This document shows positions 39,137-57,171 of a stretch of DNA of 64,000 bases, in pieces. A program made the position numbers and the translations under genes. The notes beneath the pieces are model-generated. The model made no database searches, was not told the DNA's origin, and saw only the letters and a program-made list of their open reading frames with translations. Source of the DNA: Eledone cirrhosa (taxonomy: Eukaryota); NCBI GenBank assembly GCA_964016885.1, contig OZ024741.1, positions 60,512,001 to 60,576,000 of the forward strand, read 5' to 3'. Every line of letters starts with the position of its first letter. The stretch's first letter is position 1.

Positions 39137-39482
39137 CAAATGGTGGATAGGTGTTACACGAGAATTCTGCGGATGGCTTTGAACAGTAATCATTATACAC
39201 TGAGCATGAAGAACTCAGAGCTGTACGGGAGTAACACAGAGGAGACTGAGGTTAGCTGGACATACTCACCGGCATTCAGGGTTGATACTGCTCTCAGTGC
39301 TCCTGTATGAGCCCCTACACGGACACACTAGAAGGGGGAGACCGAAGTTGACATATATTGAGGACAGACACTGGTCTCTGGAAGGCGCAGGACATGGCGG
39401 TGATGATGATGGAGAGAGAACGCTGGAGAGATCTCGTCCATGGATCTCAGGAATTTTACCCGCCATAGATAGACATAGATTG
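39137..39482 (+). mobile_element. Same RTE-type LINE, sense-orientation 3' end with short (TAGA)n tail
   Basis: QMVDRCYTRILRMALN..LRLAGH..YEPLHGHTRRGRPKLTYIE; TSD atttcccaaca at 37077-37087 and 39483-39493. Confidence 0.85.
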
Positions 39483-40164
39483 ATTTCCCAACAACTGTTT
39501 TTTATGATGCTGTTTCATTTGTAATTAATTATTTACGGAGAAAATATTATCGTAATTTGATGAAAACGCCTTCGTAATGCAAGGCGACAAAAAAAGAAAT
39601 ACTACACATATTAGGAAACAAAACGTCAAAATATATGGCTGCATAAAATTGTTTCTTTTTTAATATAGACAGAGGGCTATAGATTTTGTTGCAGTAACAC
39701 AGTGGAATGTGACACAGTAACAATAAAAAAACTTTAATTCCGTAAGACTTCGACAAGAAATGCTTGACTCATGATCGTAATGTCGTGGATTTCATTATTA
39801 GACTGAACAGCGTGTTGTATTAACACTTTATATTGAAGACTTTATATTGAAAAGGAATGTGATATATTAAATTGAGAGAAGTCTATTTCATATATATATT
39901 CAAAGTTAAAAGATGAAATGCAAACTTGGACGCGAAAGAAATCTAATCAAAGATAGACATAACTAAATACAGGAATAGAATGTATAGCCAATGTTGCATT
40001 TTTCTTATTGCTTTACACTTCGAAGCATTATAAAGTCACCTCATTTAACTGCTTACTGTAATTAAGTCCCGTAACATGAAGACTCAACAAAAAGGTTCGA
40101 TGGAATAAGGACTAAACTTGAAAAGAACGAATAATGGTGTCGACACCTTTCCTTTTTCTTCTTC

Positions 40165-40850
40165 GTCCACTTATTCCTCAGTGGGTCGTGGGAGCAGAGC
40201 CCACAAACACTCCTTCCAGTAGGCCCTGTAAGAAGCAGCCGCCTCCAACTGATCCATCTGGATCCCCAATCGTCACCAGCTCATGGATGTTATGCAAACA
40301 TCTTGCTCGGGGTCTATTCCTGAGTCTCCTGATTTTCATTCCAGCCATGCAGCACTCAGCATCAAACCTATCGAATGCAAGTCAGAGAGCACCTTCTGTC
40401 TAGTTAAGTAACACTGTGTCGTCTGCAAATTCAAGCCAACTGATTTTACACTCGTCAGTCATGATAACACTAACAACCCGGCTGCGAATGTCAATCCTAT
40501 TCATGTAAATAATAAACAGGATATGTGACAGTACGCACCCTTGGCAGAATCCGACCCCCACGTTTGATGGTTTCGATATAGCACCATTTATCCGATCACA
40601 CATACATAGGCATTCGTATAGAGACATCAGGGCAGCAAGGAGCTGAACATCGATCCCATACGCCTACAGAACCTTCCAAATCAGGTCCCGAGGAACGCGG
40701 TCATATGCCTTTTCAAAGTCGAGAAAATAATACTCTACCCCTTGGCAATACTTTCCACGATTTCTCGAAGACCTGCCGCATTATTAATATTTGGTTGGCT
40801 GTGCTGCGTCCGGTTCGAAAACCACACTGTTTTTCAGCTAGCGGTAAAGT
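40165..40850 (-). mobile_element. Second RTE-clade LINE fragment (RT core joined to 3' end)
   Basis: QCGFRTGRSTANQI..DFEKAYDRVPRDLIW..GVGFCQGCVLSHILFIIYM..LEFADDTVLL. Confidence 0.85.
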
Positions 40851-41666
40851 CTTTGATAGGTGTCTCGCAAAGAGATGTAAGAAGATTGTAGAGTCTAAAC
40901 TACATGATGTCGATATGATCGATTAAATCAAGGTGGCGTTTCAGCATGGCTGCAGTGTGATGACTGAAAACAGTAAAAGAATAAAAGAGTGAGGTATAGA
41001 ACGTCGATGTTTATTTCAGTAAACTCCTTCTGACAACATAATTGTATGTGTGAGTGGTTGGCTGTTGGTGCATATTCCATTAAGATATTTTGTTTTTAAA
41101 ATGTCCACATATTTTGAGTAACATTATCAATGTTACAAACAGAGTATAACACGTTTAGAGAAGGATGTTGAATATTCAATGAGTTATTTCCATGAACAGC
41201 ACATTTATAACACCGCACAATACAGTAAAATGTTAAGGAACATAGAAATAATATGAGGCTGAAGAAAGAAAAACACATAAACAACGACACTATTTAAAAG
41301 AAACACTACTACTACTAATACTAATATGAATAATAATAATAACAATGATCATTTAGGATTAACAACAACGTTGAATGAGTCACTGAACAATGTCGATATT
41401 GAGGAAAAATGTCATTTTAGATGATTGCTCTTAAAGAAATATTTATCTATCGGGGAAACCAAAATACTTCCTTTAATGGACATAATATGAGAATAATTCC
41501 CATGTGTAAACAAACATGGAGGCCAAAATAATATGAATAGGGAGCGTAAAGCAGGAACAGCAACAATATCTAGAATTCGCAGTGGAGTTAGCCACTTGTA
41601 GCCTTTGTATAGGATAGAAAATAGAAACTTTAAACACGAACAAAAATTATATATCGTTCATCCAAA

Positions 41667-41731
<65 letters not shown>

Positions 41732-42709
41732 CAATAAATGTATATTTACTTGCGTATTTTTTATTGAAAAAAAATATCTGCTGAACTTCGTTTGGAATCT
41801 TTGCGTATTTCATCACAATGTGTGGAATGGAATTGATAACATAGCTCAGGATATTAAACAGATTTTTCGAGAATTTGTAATCAGAATGCAGTTTCCTTGT
41901 TATTGATAGGAAAAAAATAAAATGAACACGGTTTATTCTTCGCATATGAAATTTTTTCAAGAAGAAACATTTTTTGCTTTTATTATTCTTTTTAATTTAT
42001 TTATTTTTTGTTTTGTTTTTTTTTGTTTTTTTTTTGTAGAATAGGTATAATAAGTTTCTTTGGTAATATTCTTTTTCTTCGGAGAAAAACTGTAATCAAA
42101 TAAATAACTAAAGAATTGTTCATGGCTGAGATAAAACCCACATCTTTACTTTTCACATTTTATTGATTATGAATAGTTTGAACATTGATGCCGCGGCATT
42201 CTCTACCCATTCTTTTTCTCGTCTTGCTATTCCAAGTCCACATTCTTCGCTCTATCTCCTCACTCCTTCCACCACTCTTTCTCCCTCACTATTTAATAAA
42301 ATTTATATTTTCTTTTGCGTTACGTTCCGTTTTAAATATTTTTCTGGTGTATTCACATAGTATTCATGTGAATTCAAGGTAGATAGACGATACAACTGAA
42401 TTATATACCAAGTTCGATTTTGAATGTTGATGTAGCGTAAATCAAATAAATTTAATTTCTAGACGCAGCATGGCCGACTGGTTACGAATTTCCCTTCGCA
42501 ATCATTAAGTCCCAGGTTTAATCCAAATGTGGCCCATGCCATTTGAATGAAGTTGAATTGTGAGAAATGGCTATATTAGATTATATTAGGTAACCCTAAC
42601 TGAGCGGTCGCAGGATCAAAGATATTCCATCCGTGACTATATATATATGTGTGTGTGCGTGCTTGCGCAATCATTATTAGCATCACCTGGTGTTATAATC
42701 AGAGTATGC

Positions 42710-43150
42710 TTAATGTTCATTTGTTAGATCACCGTTGGTTCAGAAGACGTTGGTTCCAGTTTTTCGAACAACGAAACAGCCTGCTCAAGAAACTGATTTG
42801 TAACTGGCTGATCATTCCATGGACACGTGTATCCTTAACATAATTCCAAAGGAGATTTAGCTATACAAAGCAGGTCCACCTAATTAATGTTACAGCGTAT
42901 CTTGCATTGTGGAGGCTAGTGGCTGAGCATTCCACAAACATGTGCACGATTAAGGTAGCTCTAAAGAGATTCAGTGTAACAGTGTGTGACAAAGCTGTCC
43001 TTTTTAATTACAAGTACAACTAATTTTTGGCTACTAAGTGGACTCGAACAACAGGAAATAAAATTAATTCCACGATGCAACGCGTCGCACACTCCGGGAA
43101 TCGAACACACAACCTTAGAATCATAAGCTGAGTACCTTAGTCACTACGTC
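42710..43150 (-). mobile_element. Degenerate SINE (family S2), partly duplicated
   Basis: ccagtttttcgaacaacg.aac.gcctgctc..; ccgggaatcgaac (B-box on minus). Confidence 0.55.
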
Positions 43151-45021
43151 TTCGCACATAGTGTGAACTGAATAACTAAGGCATTGAGAAATAAACTGCT
43201 GAGAAACTTAAGAGAGAAAAAGAATAAAATATCTTATTGGCATTCGGTAAAATTAATAACGTATTGGTTTGTAAGATCTAGGGAAATATAACTATGACAC
43301 TAATTATATTTAGAGTGACCATTTTAAACAAACATCACCAAACGCCAAATATTTCCGAATTTGACCTTATAATTTTCTAGGCCATTAATTTCACGTATAC
43401 TGTTATGACTTGACAATATTTATATCTATTCTAATGAGGGGCTGGTTGGCGGAACTTCCCAAACGTCGTAGCCAATGCCATTGTATTCTTTTGGTTCTTT
43501 ACATTCTGAGTTCAAATCACATGAAATGTAACTTTTCTTTTAATCCTTCAGGGGTTAATAAAATAAAATATTAGTCAAGAATTCGGTTTGATTTTATCAA
43601 CTTTGTCTCCAAATTTACTGACGATGTGCCAACAATAGAAATCAATATTTATTTCTACTCTAGTTTACCCTCTACACTTTTTGATATATCAATATTATAA
43701 TATACAGTTAAAGACAGCATAACTGATTAGTTAAGGAGCTCACTTGGCAATCCCGGGTTTAATCCTAATGCGTGACATCTTGGTCAAGTGAAATTTCCTA
43801 TATCCTCGGTGTGACCCATGCCCTTTGAGTGAAACTGGATAAACGGAAACTATTTGGAAGCTTGTCGAATGGACTGGAGCTGTAATTCACATGTTCACAC
43901 CAAGTGTCACGCTGAATCTCCCTGAGGACTTTAAGGGCACCCTTATCAATGGAATGTTCAATGAATTACATTATATTATAAGATGGGCTGTATATGTAGT
44001 TCAAAGTGCCAGCCTTATTACACACTGTACCATATGGAATTTTCCTACGACATGCGTTAAGGGAGCTGTGGATAGAAAACTGAACCTCTTGCACGTTAAT
44101 TTAACGAGCAGGTTCTCCTAGAATAGACGGAGGTCCAACACACACAAATAAACGTAGATGATTCTACAGTAAGATAAATTTAATTTCGTCTTCAGTTATT
44201 TCGAAACAGTTAGTAAACAATTAAGAGAGCGAATATAGCACAAATAAGAAGACTGTATCTTTGGAATGTTGTCAAAGCAAATAGCTACAACGTAATGTAA
44301 TTAATTTGTATTAGTTGCATTGGCACAAGACCATAAATATGTATAAATATGAATATATTTATTATAATTATGTACATATACCATTGCTAGCAAAAATACT
44401 GTTCTTCGGGCTGTTTTCTGATAAAGTGGGGATGCATATGCGCGGGATTTGTAATTTGTACATCAATGTATGAAATAGGAATACTACATTTTTGACATGC
44501 AAATCATATTAGCTTGCATCAACATATTTCGTCTTGGTGTTTATTTGATTTTCCAGCAGAGCTTTTCTGCTAAAAAATGAGTCACAGGTGGCGGACAGTG
44601 ACACAGTCACCAGATATGATGGTTAGTTGCGTTCTAAGAGGGCTCTTCTCTGACGAATAATCACGCCAAAACAAAATATCGGTGAGCTACTAGGGGAGAT
44701 GTTAACTCTCAAGAAAACTATATAATGTGTGTGTTCTTGTGTGTGTGTGTGTGTGTGTGCGTGTGTGTGTGTTTTATATATAGCCTGCGCATCATGATAT
44801 TCCCTTCATCAGCTGTAAACTGGAGATCTCAATACTTTTGGAACATTCCGACAGTAATGATCCCTCTAGCTGAGCCAAGCAGCCGTGATGTTACCAGTAA
44901 TTGCACGGGTTTCATAGTTAAATCTGTAGCATGGTATTCCCTAGTTATTCCTATCGATAGGAATAAAATCCTGATGCTGTTCTATCCATCCCCATCATTT
45001 AGGCATTATAATGTTTACACC

Positions 45022-45426
<405 letters not shown>

Positions 45427-45480
45427 CTTTCACTCGTGTAGGACACCTCGGTTTTTTTTTCATTTTGTAAAAAACCTCAC

Positions 45481-46613
<1,133 letters not shown>

Positions 46614-48251
46614 CTCAAACTTCTAATCAACTGTCTAGAATTATACATGCTTCTTCTTAGCTGCAGTGTTGATGTACCAGTTCAGATCCGTTATAACTGC
46701 GATATTTACACTACTGATATAGAAGTCTTATAATGTATGTTCATTGACAGGGTATTGAGCTCCTGAAATTTATATACCTAGATAACTACAAAAATGCACT
46801 AACTAATGAAACATGTAAAGCAATTAGAAGATATGATTATGTGATGAGCTTTGATGGATTGGACAATACCATCTTCCGTCTACCAACTAAGATAGATGGG
46901 AGGGAAGCGATAAGTACACTGTTCCATTTTGCAGAGACCCGAAAATCCTGAATATAATGACTTCTCGTCAATCCGACTCCTTGCTTGCAGTCGAGATACA
47001 TGGATGGTTCGATGGATTCGGTACGACCTTTGAGTTTCATGTTAAATGTGCAGTGAAATGTAGAAATGCATTTCAAAACCGTCTGCTATAACTCTTTATT
47101 TACTACTAACGTAATCCACATACTATTGCTATTACTGTTAGTTGATTAGAGACCTATTGCGCAATATTATACTGAATTGTTTACATGACCTAAAACGTTA
47201 ATGTTCTGATATAAAGTTGTTTGGAAAATAAAAGATATTCCTCATTTTTATTCCAGTATTCAGTCTCATGTAACATTTAAATCCTCTGTTTAACACAAAC
47301 ATTGCATTAATAATTATATTCAACCAAGCTAGTAATTCGGATCTGTTATTTTCAGCAGCTAGCCAAAGATTAATTCAGGTGGAAATCAATGAAATACCAG
47401 AGGTTGTTTTAATATTACGAAGGAAATGTTAACTCTATATAAAGACAAATTCCATACCATTGAAATGTAAAGAAATGTCTCTATTCATTTGATATTCAGC
47501 CAAATTAATTCGCCGCATTCATCAATTTAAAACATTAACCCTTGCTTAAGATTTCTTAAATTAATCGGTTTATTCAATATTTAACGTAAAATGTTGGCAA
47601 CGCGAAGAAAATATTTGTGTGATAAATTTAAGTCAAACACGTGAAACTGGAAGACATGAAAAAAAGATTTCATTTACTCTATTATATAGATAGAAAGCAT
47701 CAACAAATGGAAACTATAAAATATAGAAAATATTTTTTTTATTATTCCTTTTTTTTTTAAAGGAAATGCCATCAATTTCGCTGTAATCTACATCATGAAT
47801 TAGAAAATAGATATATTTTTTTTAATATGCGTTCTCAAGAAGGCTTTGAAGAAACAAATAATGCTTCGTTATCTTAGTTTTTTATTCGTTATTTTGGCAT
47901 GGAATCGGTCGCTGACATAATTTTATTCGTTACCAAATCTACATATGTTGGCTACCACAGTATTATGATCTACTTTGATCTTCTCTGGTATGTGTACAAC
48001 GTAACGTGCTAACCCTGTCTGTATCGATTTGCAACGTACATTAATTACTTACGCTGAGAGCAAGGGAGTTTTAAGGCTTTCTGATATCGAATAAGATAGT
48101 GAAACATAGGAGTAACATGAAAGAGTTGATGAATTACAATACGAGGTGGTTCAATTAAGATTATCTCGTATAATACAAAATTATTTATAAAGTGTCCTCT
48201 CAACTCTCTGTTATATTAAAACTATTGTATATTACACGCTAGGAGTGTCCA

Positions 48252-48300
<49 letters not shown>

Positions 48301-48306
<6 letters not shown>

Positions 48307-48689
48307 CTAAAATGAATTCCAACTTTGTCTGATTTACTCGTTTTATTTTCAATCCTTTAAAATTTATAATCGTATTAGAATGAAATAGTATGGTAGAATA
48401 TTTAATGTTAAGTGTTAATTGAACAAGTACTTTCATGCTTTCGCAAACTTCAGGTCCATATTGTGTGGTGACAGTCAAGTTTGCAATTTTCAACTGTTGA
48501 GAATTGCAAACTTGACTGTCACCACATAATATGAAGCTGAAGATTGCGAAAGCATGAAAGTACTTGTTCAATTAACACTTAACATTAAATATTCTACCAT
48601 ACTATTTCATTCTAATACGATTATAAATTTTAAAGGATTGAAAATAAAACGAGTAAATCAGACAAAGTTGGAATTCCTTTTATTAATAT
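48301..48689. repeat. Near-perfect ~390-bp palindrome with a minimal hammerhead in each arm
   Basis: Arms ~48314-48488 and ~48502-48676 are reverse complements. Confidence 0.92.
48533..48569 (+). ncRNA. Minimal hammerhead motif
   Basis: gaag-CTGAAGA-ttgc-gaaa-gcat-GAAA-gtac-TT-gttc; the other arm reads ggac-CTGAAGT..gttc. Confidence 0.62.
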
Positions 48690-48728
48690 AATCTTCTATA
48701 CACAATCATACACACCCGTGTACATTTA

Positions 48729-48783
<55 letters not shown>

Positions 48784-48793
48784 TATATATATA

Positions 48794-48847
<54 letters not shown>

Positions 48848-48922
48848 ATATATATATAATATATATATGTATATATTTATATTATATATATATTACATAT
48901 ATATATATATATATATATATAT

Positions 48923-49063
48923 AACAAAGGAAATGTGGTAAGGAACCAGGTGGACCATAACGCACCAAAGTACTCAATACTTAGGGTAGTCCAGTGGGTA
49001 ATAGGAACGAGTAGGACTCCGACGGCTGAGCTCAAACCGTTTCGACGGCTAATTCTGGACTAA
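48923..49063 (-). repeat. Family X copy next to (TA)n
   Basis: aaggaaatgtggtaaggaacc..ttcgacggctaattctggactaa. Confidence 0.9.
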
Positions 49064-49363
49064 ATGAAAATTTTTATCCTGGTATATGAATAGCCGAGCT
49101 TCTCAGGGGGTAATTCCATATATGGTAAAAGTGATTTTCACAAGGATTGGTCACAAGTTTGTTGTCGAGACACATAATTATATCATGGCAATTTGTGGAA
49201 GGAATATAAATTAAAATAATGCGATAATGTTACATAATATAATGTTCCATATGTTGGTTTTTACTATGGTGTCTTGGTTGCATCAGTTGTCAGCCATAAT
49301 CCAATATATGGAACATTATATTATGTAACATTATCCCATTATTTTAATTTATATTCCTTTGAA

Positions 49364-49483
49364 GTTCCGATGAGCCACTCTGTTTTTTAAATATGTTAAT
49401 TATGTTCAACTGAACCAGATCAATTATGATATATAGACATCTGATCCAGAAATATTATATGGAGTAGCGAAACAATTGTAAAC
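49364..49483 (+). ncRNA. Hammerhead-like motif with long stem II and U4C change; preceded by a ~55-bp inverted repeat (49198-49358)
   Basis: gtt-CCGATGA-gccactct..ggagtagc-GAAA-caattg-TA-aac. Confidence 0.6.
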
Positions 49484-49607
49484 GGACATTATTATTATCA
49501 ATGTTATTATTATTCTCTACATTCCTTACATCAAAATAAAATATGTTGACAATCTTTTAATAATGTCTTCATTGTGAAATTTGTGGTCTTGTTTTGCTTA
49601 ACTAGTG

Positions 49608-52264
<2,657 letters not shown>

Positions 52265-52294
52265 GTTATGTAATAAACAACATAATGCAATTAT

Positions 52295-52352
52295 TCCATT
52301 TACCAGTGGTTTCTTAAAAGCAAAAAAATTTGCTTTCAATCATCAGAATGAA
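52295..52352 (-). ncRNA. Type I hammerhead motif (PLE pLTR family)
   Basis: minus: ttcatt-CTGATGA-ttgaaagcaaa..tttgcttttaa-GAAA-ccactgg-TA-aatgga. Confidence 0.8.
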
Positions 52353-52770
52353 AAATTCCTGGTCTGTTTATTGAATTTGGATTTTAAAAACAAAAATGCA
52401 ATCTATATGAAAGTGAGGCTGGAGAAAGAAGAAGGATAGAAAAATAAAATAAAAACACACATGCAAACACACACACACACACAGACACACACACACACAA
52501 AAGCATACATACACATATATATATATATATATATATACATACACTCGTACATACACACACACATATACACATATATATGTGTATATAAATACACACATAC
52601 ACATACATATACATATACATACAACGCACATAAATATCAACACATCCATACATACACATACATATATACAACTACACACACATATATACACACATATATA
52701 TATAGAAATAGAAATATATATATATATACAATATTAATAAATGGAAACTATATTTATAAAACCATATTTA

Positions 52771-52831
52771 TTTTATTATATATATTTCAAGGATACCAAG
52801 TTAAATCATGTTATGCCTTCATCAGACAAAA
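52771..52831 (-). ncRNA. Type I hammerhead motif
   Basis: minus: ttttgt-CTGATGA-aggcata..tatcctt-GAAA-tatata-TA-ataaaa. Confidence 0.7.
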
Positions 52832-53413
52832 TACAATATATAACAGTTTTACAAATAGATATTGACGTACCCTTTCAAAAAGGTGACCGTTGTTTTTGGA
52901 GGCCATCCGGATAGTGGTTTGTTTACTTTAGTAAGTTATAGTGTTAAGAGTAAGTAAAAAGATGGAGAGAGAGAGAGACAAAAAAATATATATATATGCA
53001 TACACATACAGATACATAGCCATACACACATACATATACATACATACATACATGCACACAATCATACCTATATACACACGTACATACATACACATACATA
53101 AATGCATACATATGCATGTACAAAATTAGAAAAATATACAGACACTCCTCTACATATCACGCACGCAAATAAATATAAGAAAAAATATATATTAAAAATA
53201 AAATAATAAAGACTATTATGCAGTTGACAGCGATACAAACGACGAATAAATGAACAAACACGCGTGGTAAGCAATACACACAAATACACGTACACATACG
53301 TACGAAAAAGTAAATACATACACACACTCTCACACATAAATATACATATACAAATACATAAAGACATACATACGCATACACAAATACATACACATATATA
53401 CATATATACACAC

Positions 53414-53450
<37 letters not shown>

Positions 53451-53561
53451 CACATATACACACATATATATATACATACACACACACATATACATACATA
53501 CATAGCTATACAATTATACACATAAAAATACGTACATATCACAAACACGCACAACCAAATA

Positions 53562-53708
<147 letters not shown>

Positions 53709-53876
53709 CTCAATCTTAGATAATTTATATGAATCTTACATAACTCCAAAATATACATATACATATATATAGTAATGTAATAAACAACATAAGGCAATTA
53801 TTCCATTCACCATGATTTCTTAAAAGCAAAAAAAATTTGCCTTCAATCATTAGAATGAAAAAAAACCTGGTCTATC

Positions 53877-53940
<64 letters not shown>

Positions 53941-54510
53941 TATATATATACACATACATACACATACATTTTGGTATGTGAAGGGTAAGGCAAAAAGAAT
54001 ATATGGGAAGGGGGAAGAAGACATAGGAAAAGGTGAAATATAAGGGGAGATAAGGGAGAAAAAGAATACAAGAGTACAGAACGTGGATTCAGCAAATAAA
54101 AAACCGTAGTAGAAGTAAAGAGCAGAGAAGGAGTTCAAGGCGGTTGATTTATCATAGGAGTGTCAATCCAGTTACAGATCAGATGTGATTTCAGATGAGG
54201 ACAACATCTGAAGATCTCGGTCATTGAGTTTAGGCAAGCAGAAGTGGCTCTCAAGTTTAGCAAAATCCTATATTTTTCTGTGGTACACAAAGAACAATTC
54301 TTTGTGCCCCTTTGGTACTCCCTCGAATGGAGGAAGTATTTAGCCACTGTGATAGGTCAGTGTTAGTTCTAATTTGGAGAATTATATTTCTTAAGATTTT
54401 TTTACTTGTAAGCCCAACTTCGGATTTAGCCGGGTTAATCAGTCTACAACTAGGTCGATTAGTAAAGTCCAAGTTATGGTCTTTAAGGGTAATATATGCT
54501 TTAAGCTTAG

Positions 54511-54981
54511 CTAGGCTTTCAATCCTTTATTGATAGTATTGTAGGTATTATTATTAGTTAATTGATATTTGTTGGTAATACTATTAGTTAAAAGTTGGTT
54601 ATACAAAGTACTATTAACTTCAAAGAGATTTTTAGTTTTATCAGAAAGAACAAAGGTGTTTGTAGAATTTCTAAAGTAAGAAATATCGTTAGATAGTTTA
54701 GTTTGAAAGTTATTATTGTACTTACGAAATTTGATATCACTAATTAGATTAACAAGGTCTAATACGAAGTTGGCCATGTCTTTAATTCTAGGTGGATATT
54801 TACGGGATTTTATGTCAAAACAATCATTAGTATCAGCACTGAAAAGTCCATCGTAAACCATTGCCTTCCATGTCATTCTTTTAACGACTTGTTCGATTTT
54901 ATCTATAAGCATTTTGGTATAAGTTGTGTTGGAAGGAGTAGGTATATTTTTGATTGAATAATCCAATTCATAAAGGTCCAT
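54511..54981 (-). pseudogene. PLE ORF N-terminal domain (frameshifted remnant)
   Basis: YSIKNIP / KRMTWKA / DKT motifs, typical of invertebrate PLE N-termini. Confidence 0.75.
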
Positions 54982-55195
54982 GGTGTATGTTGGTTAAATT
55001 CCTGAAAACTGTAGAGTGCTCAACTAATCGGGCTCGAAAGTGCCAATCGTATATATAATATAGAATATGCTTCAATCAATCCCGGTTGGAGCTGTATAAA
55101 TGAAGTAATTCCGTCGGAAGGGTCCAGGAAAAAAGAGTGCTCTATGTAGGTAACAGAGCTTAATAGTTATGTAATAAACAACATAAGGCAATTAT

Positions 55196-55253
55196 TCCAT
55201 TTACCAGTGGTTTCTTAAAAGCAAAAAATGTTGCTTTCAATCATCAGAATGAA
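55196..55253 (-). ncRNA. Type I hammerhead motif upstream of the PLE ORF
   Basis: minus: ttcatt-CTGATGA-ttgaaagcaa..ttgcttttaa-GAAA-ccactgg-TA-aatgga. Confidence 0.82.
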
Positions 55254-55410
55254 AAAACCCTGGTCTGTTTATTGAATTTGGATTTTAAAAGCAAAAATGC
55301 AATCTATATGAAAGTGAGGCTGAAGAAAGAAGAAGGAAAGTAAAAATAAAATAAAAACACACATACAAACACACACACATACACACACACACACACACAA
55401 AAGCATACAT

Positions 55411-55441
<31 letters not shown>

Positions 55442-55619
55442 CATACACTCATACATACACACACATATACACGTATATATGTGTATATAAATACACACAT
55501 ACACATACATATACACATACATACACATACATATACACATACATACAACGCACATAAATATCAATACATCCATACATACACATACATATATACAACCACA
55601 CACACATATATACACACAC

Positions 55620-55692
<73 letters not shown>

Positions 55693-56190
55693 TACACATA
55701 CACGTGCATAGCCATACACACATACATATACATACATACATGCATACAATCATACCTATATACGCACGTACATACATACATACACATACATAAATGCATA
55801 CATATGCATGTACAAAATTAGAAAAATATACACACACCTCTACATATTCACGCACGCAAATAAATATAAGAAAAAATATATATAAAAATAAAATAATAAA
55901 AACTATTATATATATATAATATATATATATAAATATATATATAATATATATAATATATACATATATAGATATATATAATATATATATAATATATACGATC
56001 AGAGCAAACAGCACGGACACTCTATCTCAAAATTATTTTTGAAAAGCATTTAGAAATACGCAACCGGTAAAAACTTAAAAACTTAAAACCACAACTGAAT
56101 ACTAACCCATACAATCACTAATACTCTTTTATTCCTAATTAAACCATTTTTCAACTGTGAACAATTTGTCAGCATTTTCTATTCCGTTTA

Positions 56191-56236
<46 letters not shown>

Positions 56237-56543
56237 AAATATATTTATAATATAAATATATATACATATATATATAATATGCATATAATATATATATATG
56301 TAATATATATGAATATACATATATACAGTATTTACGTATCGAGAAAGAGAAAAAAAGGGGAGGATAGGTTATACATATAGTTATTTGCCAAGTAGCGTAT
56401 GCCAAAGGTGCTGGATACTAGTGCCGGCAGTATTAAATATTCGAAGTCTTAATATTTAGTGGGCTAGAGAATTAGCAGAGAGTAAGCACGTGGGAAAGTA
56501 AAAAATCGGAGAATAGACCGTTAAAACATGTTTATTTAAAACA

Positions 56544-56584
56544 GCACCTACGTACGTTTCGCCCAATTGGGCTTCTCAAGGGCA
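56544..56584 (-). ncRNA. Minimal hammerhead motif, U3-A8 variant
   Basis: minus: gccc-TTGAGAA-gccc-aatt-gggc-GAAA-cgtacg-TA-ggtgc; stem I is imperfect. Confidence 0.65.
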
Positions 56585-57128
56585 TAAATAATCACAAGTG
56601 TTCCTTATATTGCTCGGAAAGAGTTTTGGGGATTAAATCCACATCAGGGTTCATTGCTCGCAAAAATATCTTGTTTTGATTTTGCAGCAGGTCAAGGGAG
56701 GTAACTCTGGTCGGTGTTAGGGCAGTCTTTCCCGGACAGTTTTATTATAACGCCCGCTTTGTCCGTTTGTAAACAAACTGACAGCCTGAATTTATGCCGT
56801 ACGGTGTTAAGGCAACCACGGTACCTTTTTGTTCAACACTGACACAGGAACGATGTACTAGTTTCAAGCTTCTTAGCTATCATCAGCACTGTATACCCTT
56901 CTGCCAGGTGGTTGAACGTTCGAAAGTATATACTTTCCTTATGAAAATTAACGGCTGAGCAGCCTAATTTGCATATCGAGTGAGTTCAGTCGGCCAGGCG
57001 CACCGAAAACGATAAGTTGTAATAAAATGAAAACGAAATTTCATTTCTCACTCTTAGTACGGCACTTACTTAAATGTAAGTAAGTATGTATACGTACATA
57101 CATATATGTATACAGACGTACAATAGCA

Positions 57129-57166
<38 letters not shown>

Positions 57167-57171
<5 letters not shown>

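Larger units (their letters stand above)
53770..55910 (-). mobile_element. Internally deleted Penelope-like element with HHR-containing terminal repeats
   Basis: N-terminus DYSIKNIPTPS..KIEQVVKRMTWKA..SDKTKN; KDHNLDFTNRPSCRLINPAKSEVG..QWLNT fused to EN tail YQRGTKNCSLCTTEK..LN..CCPH; pLTR copies at 55095-55900 and 53770-53875. Confidence 0.85.

Noticed and set aside
46837-47085. Possible host exon (GC-richer unique block, 79-aa minus ORF)
   Set aside because: No recognisable protein motif or supporting neighbouring exons; needs RNA-seq or BLAST
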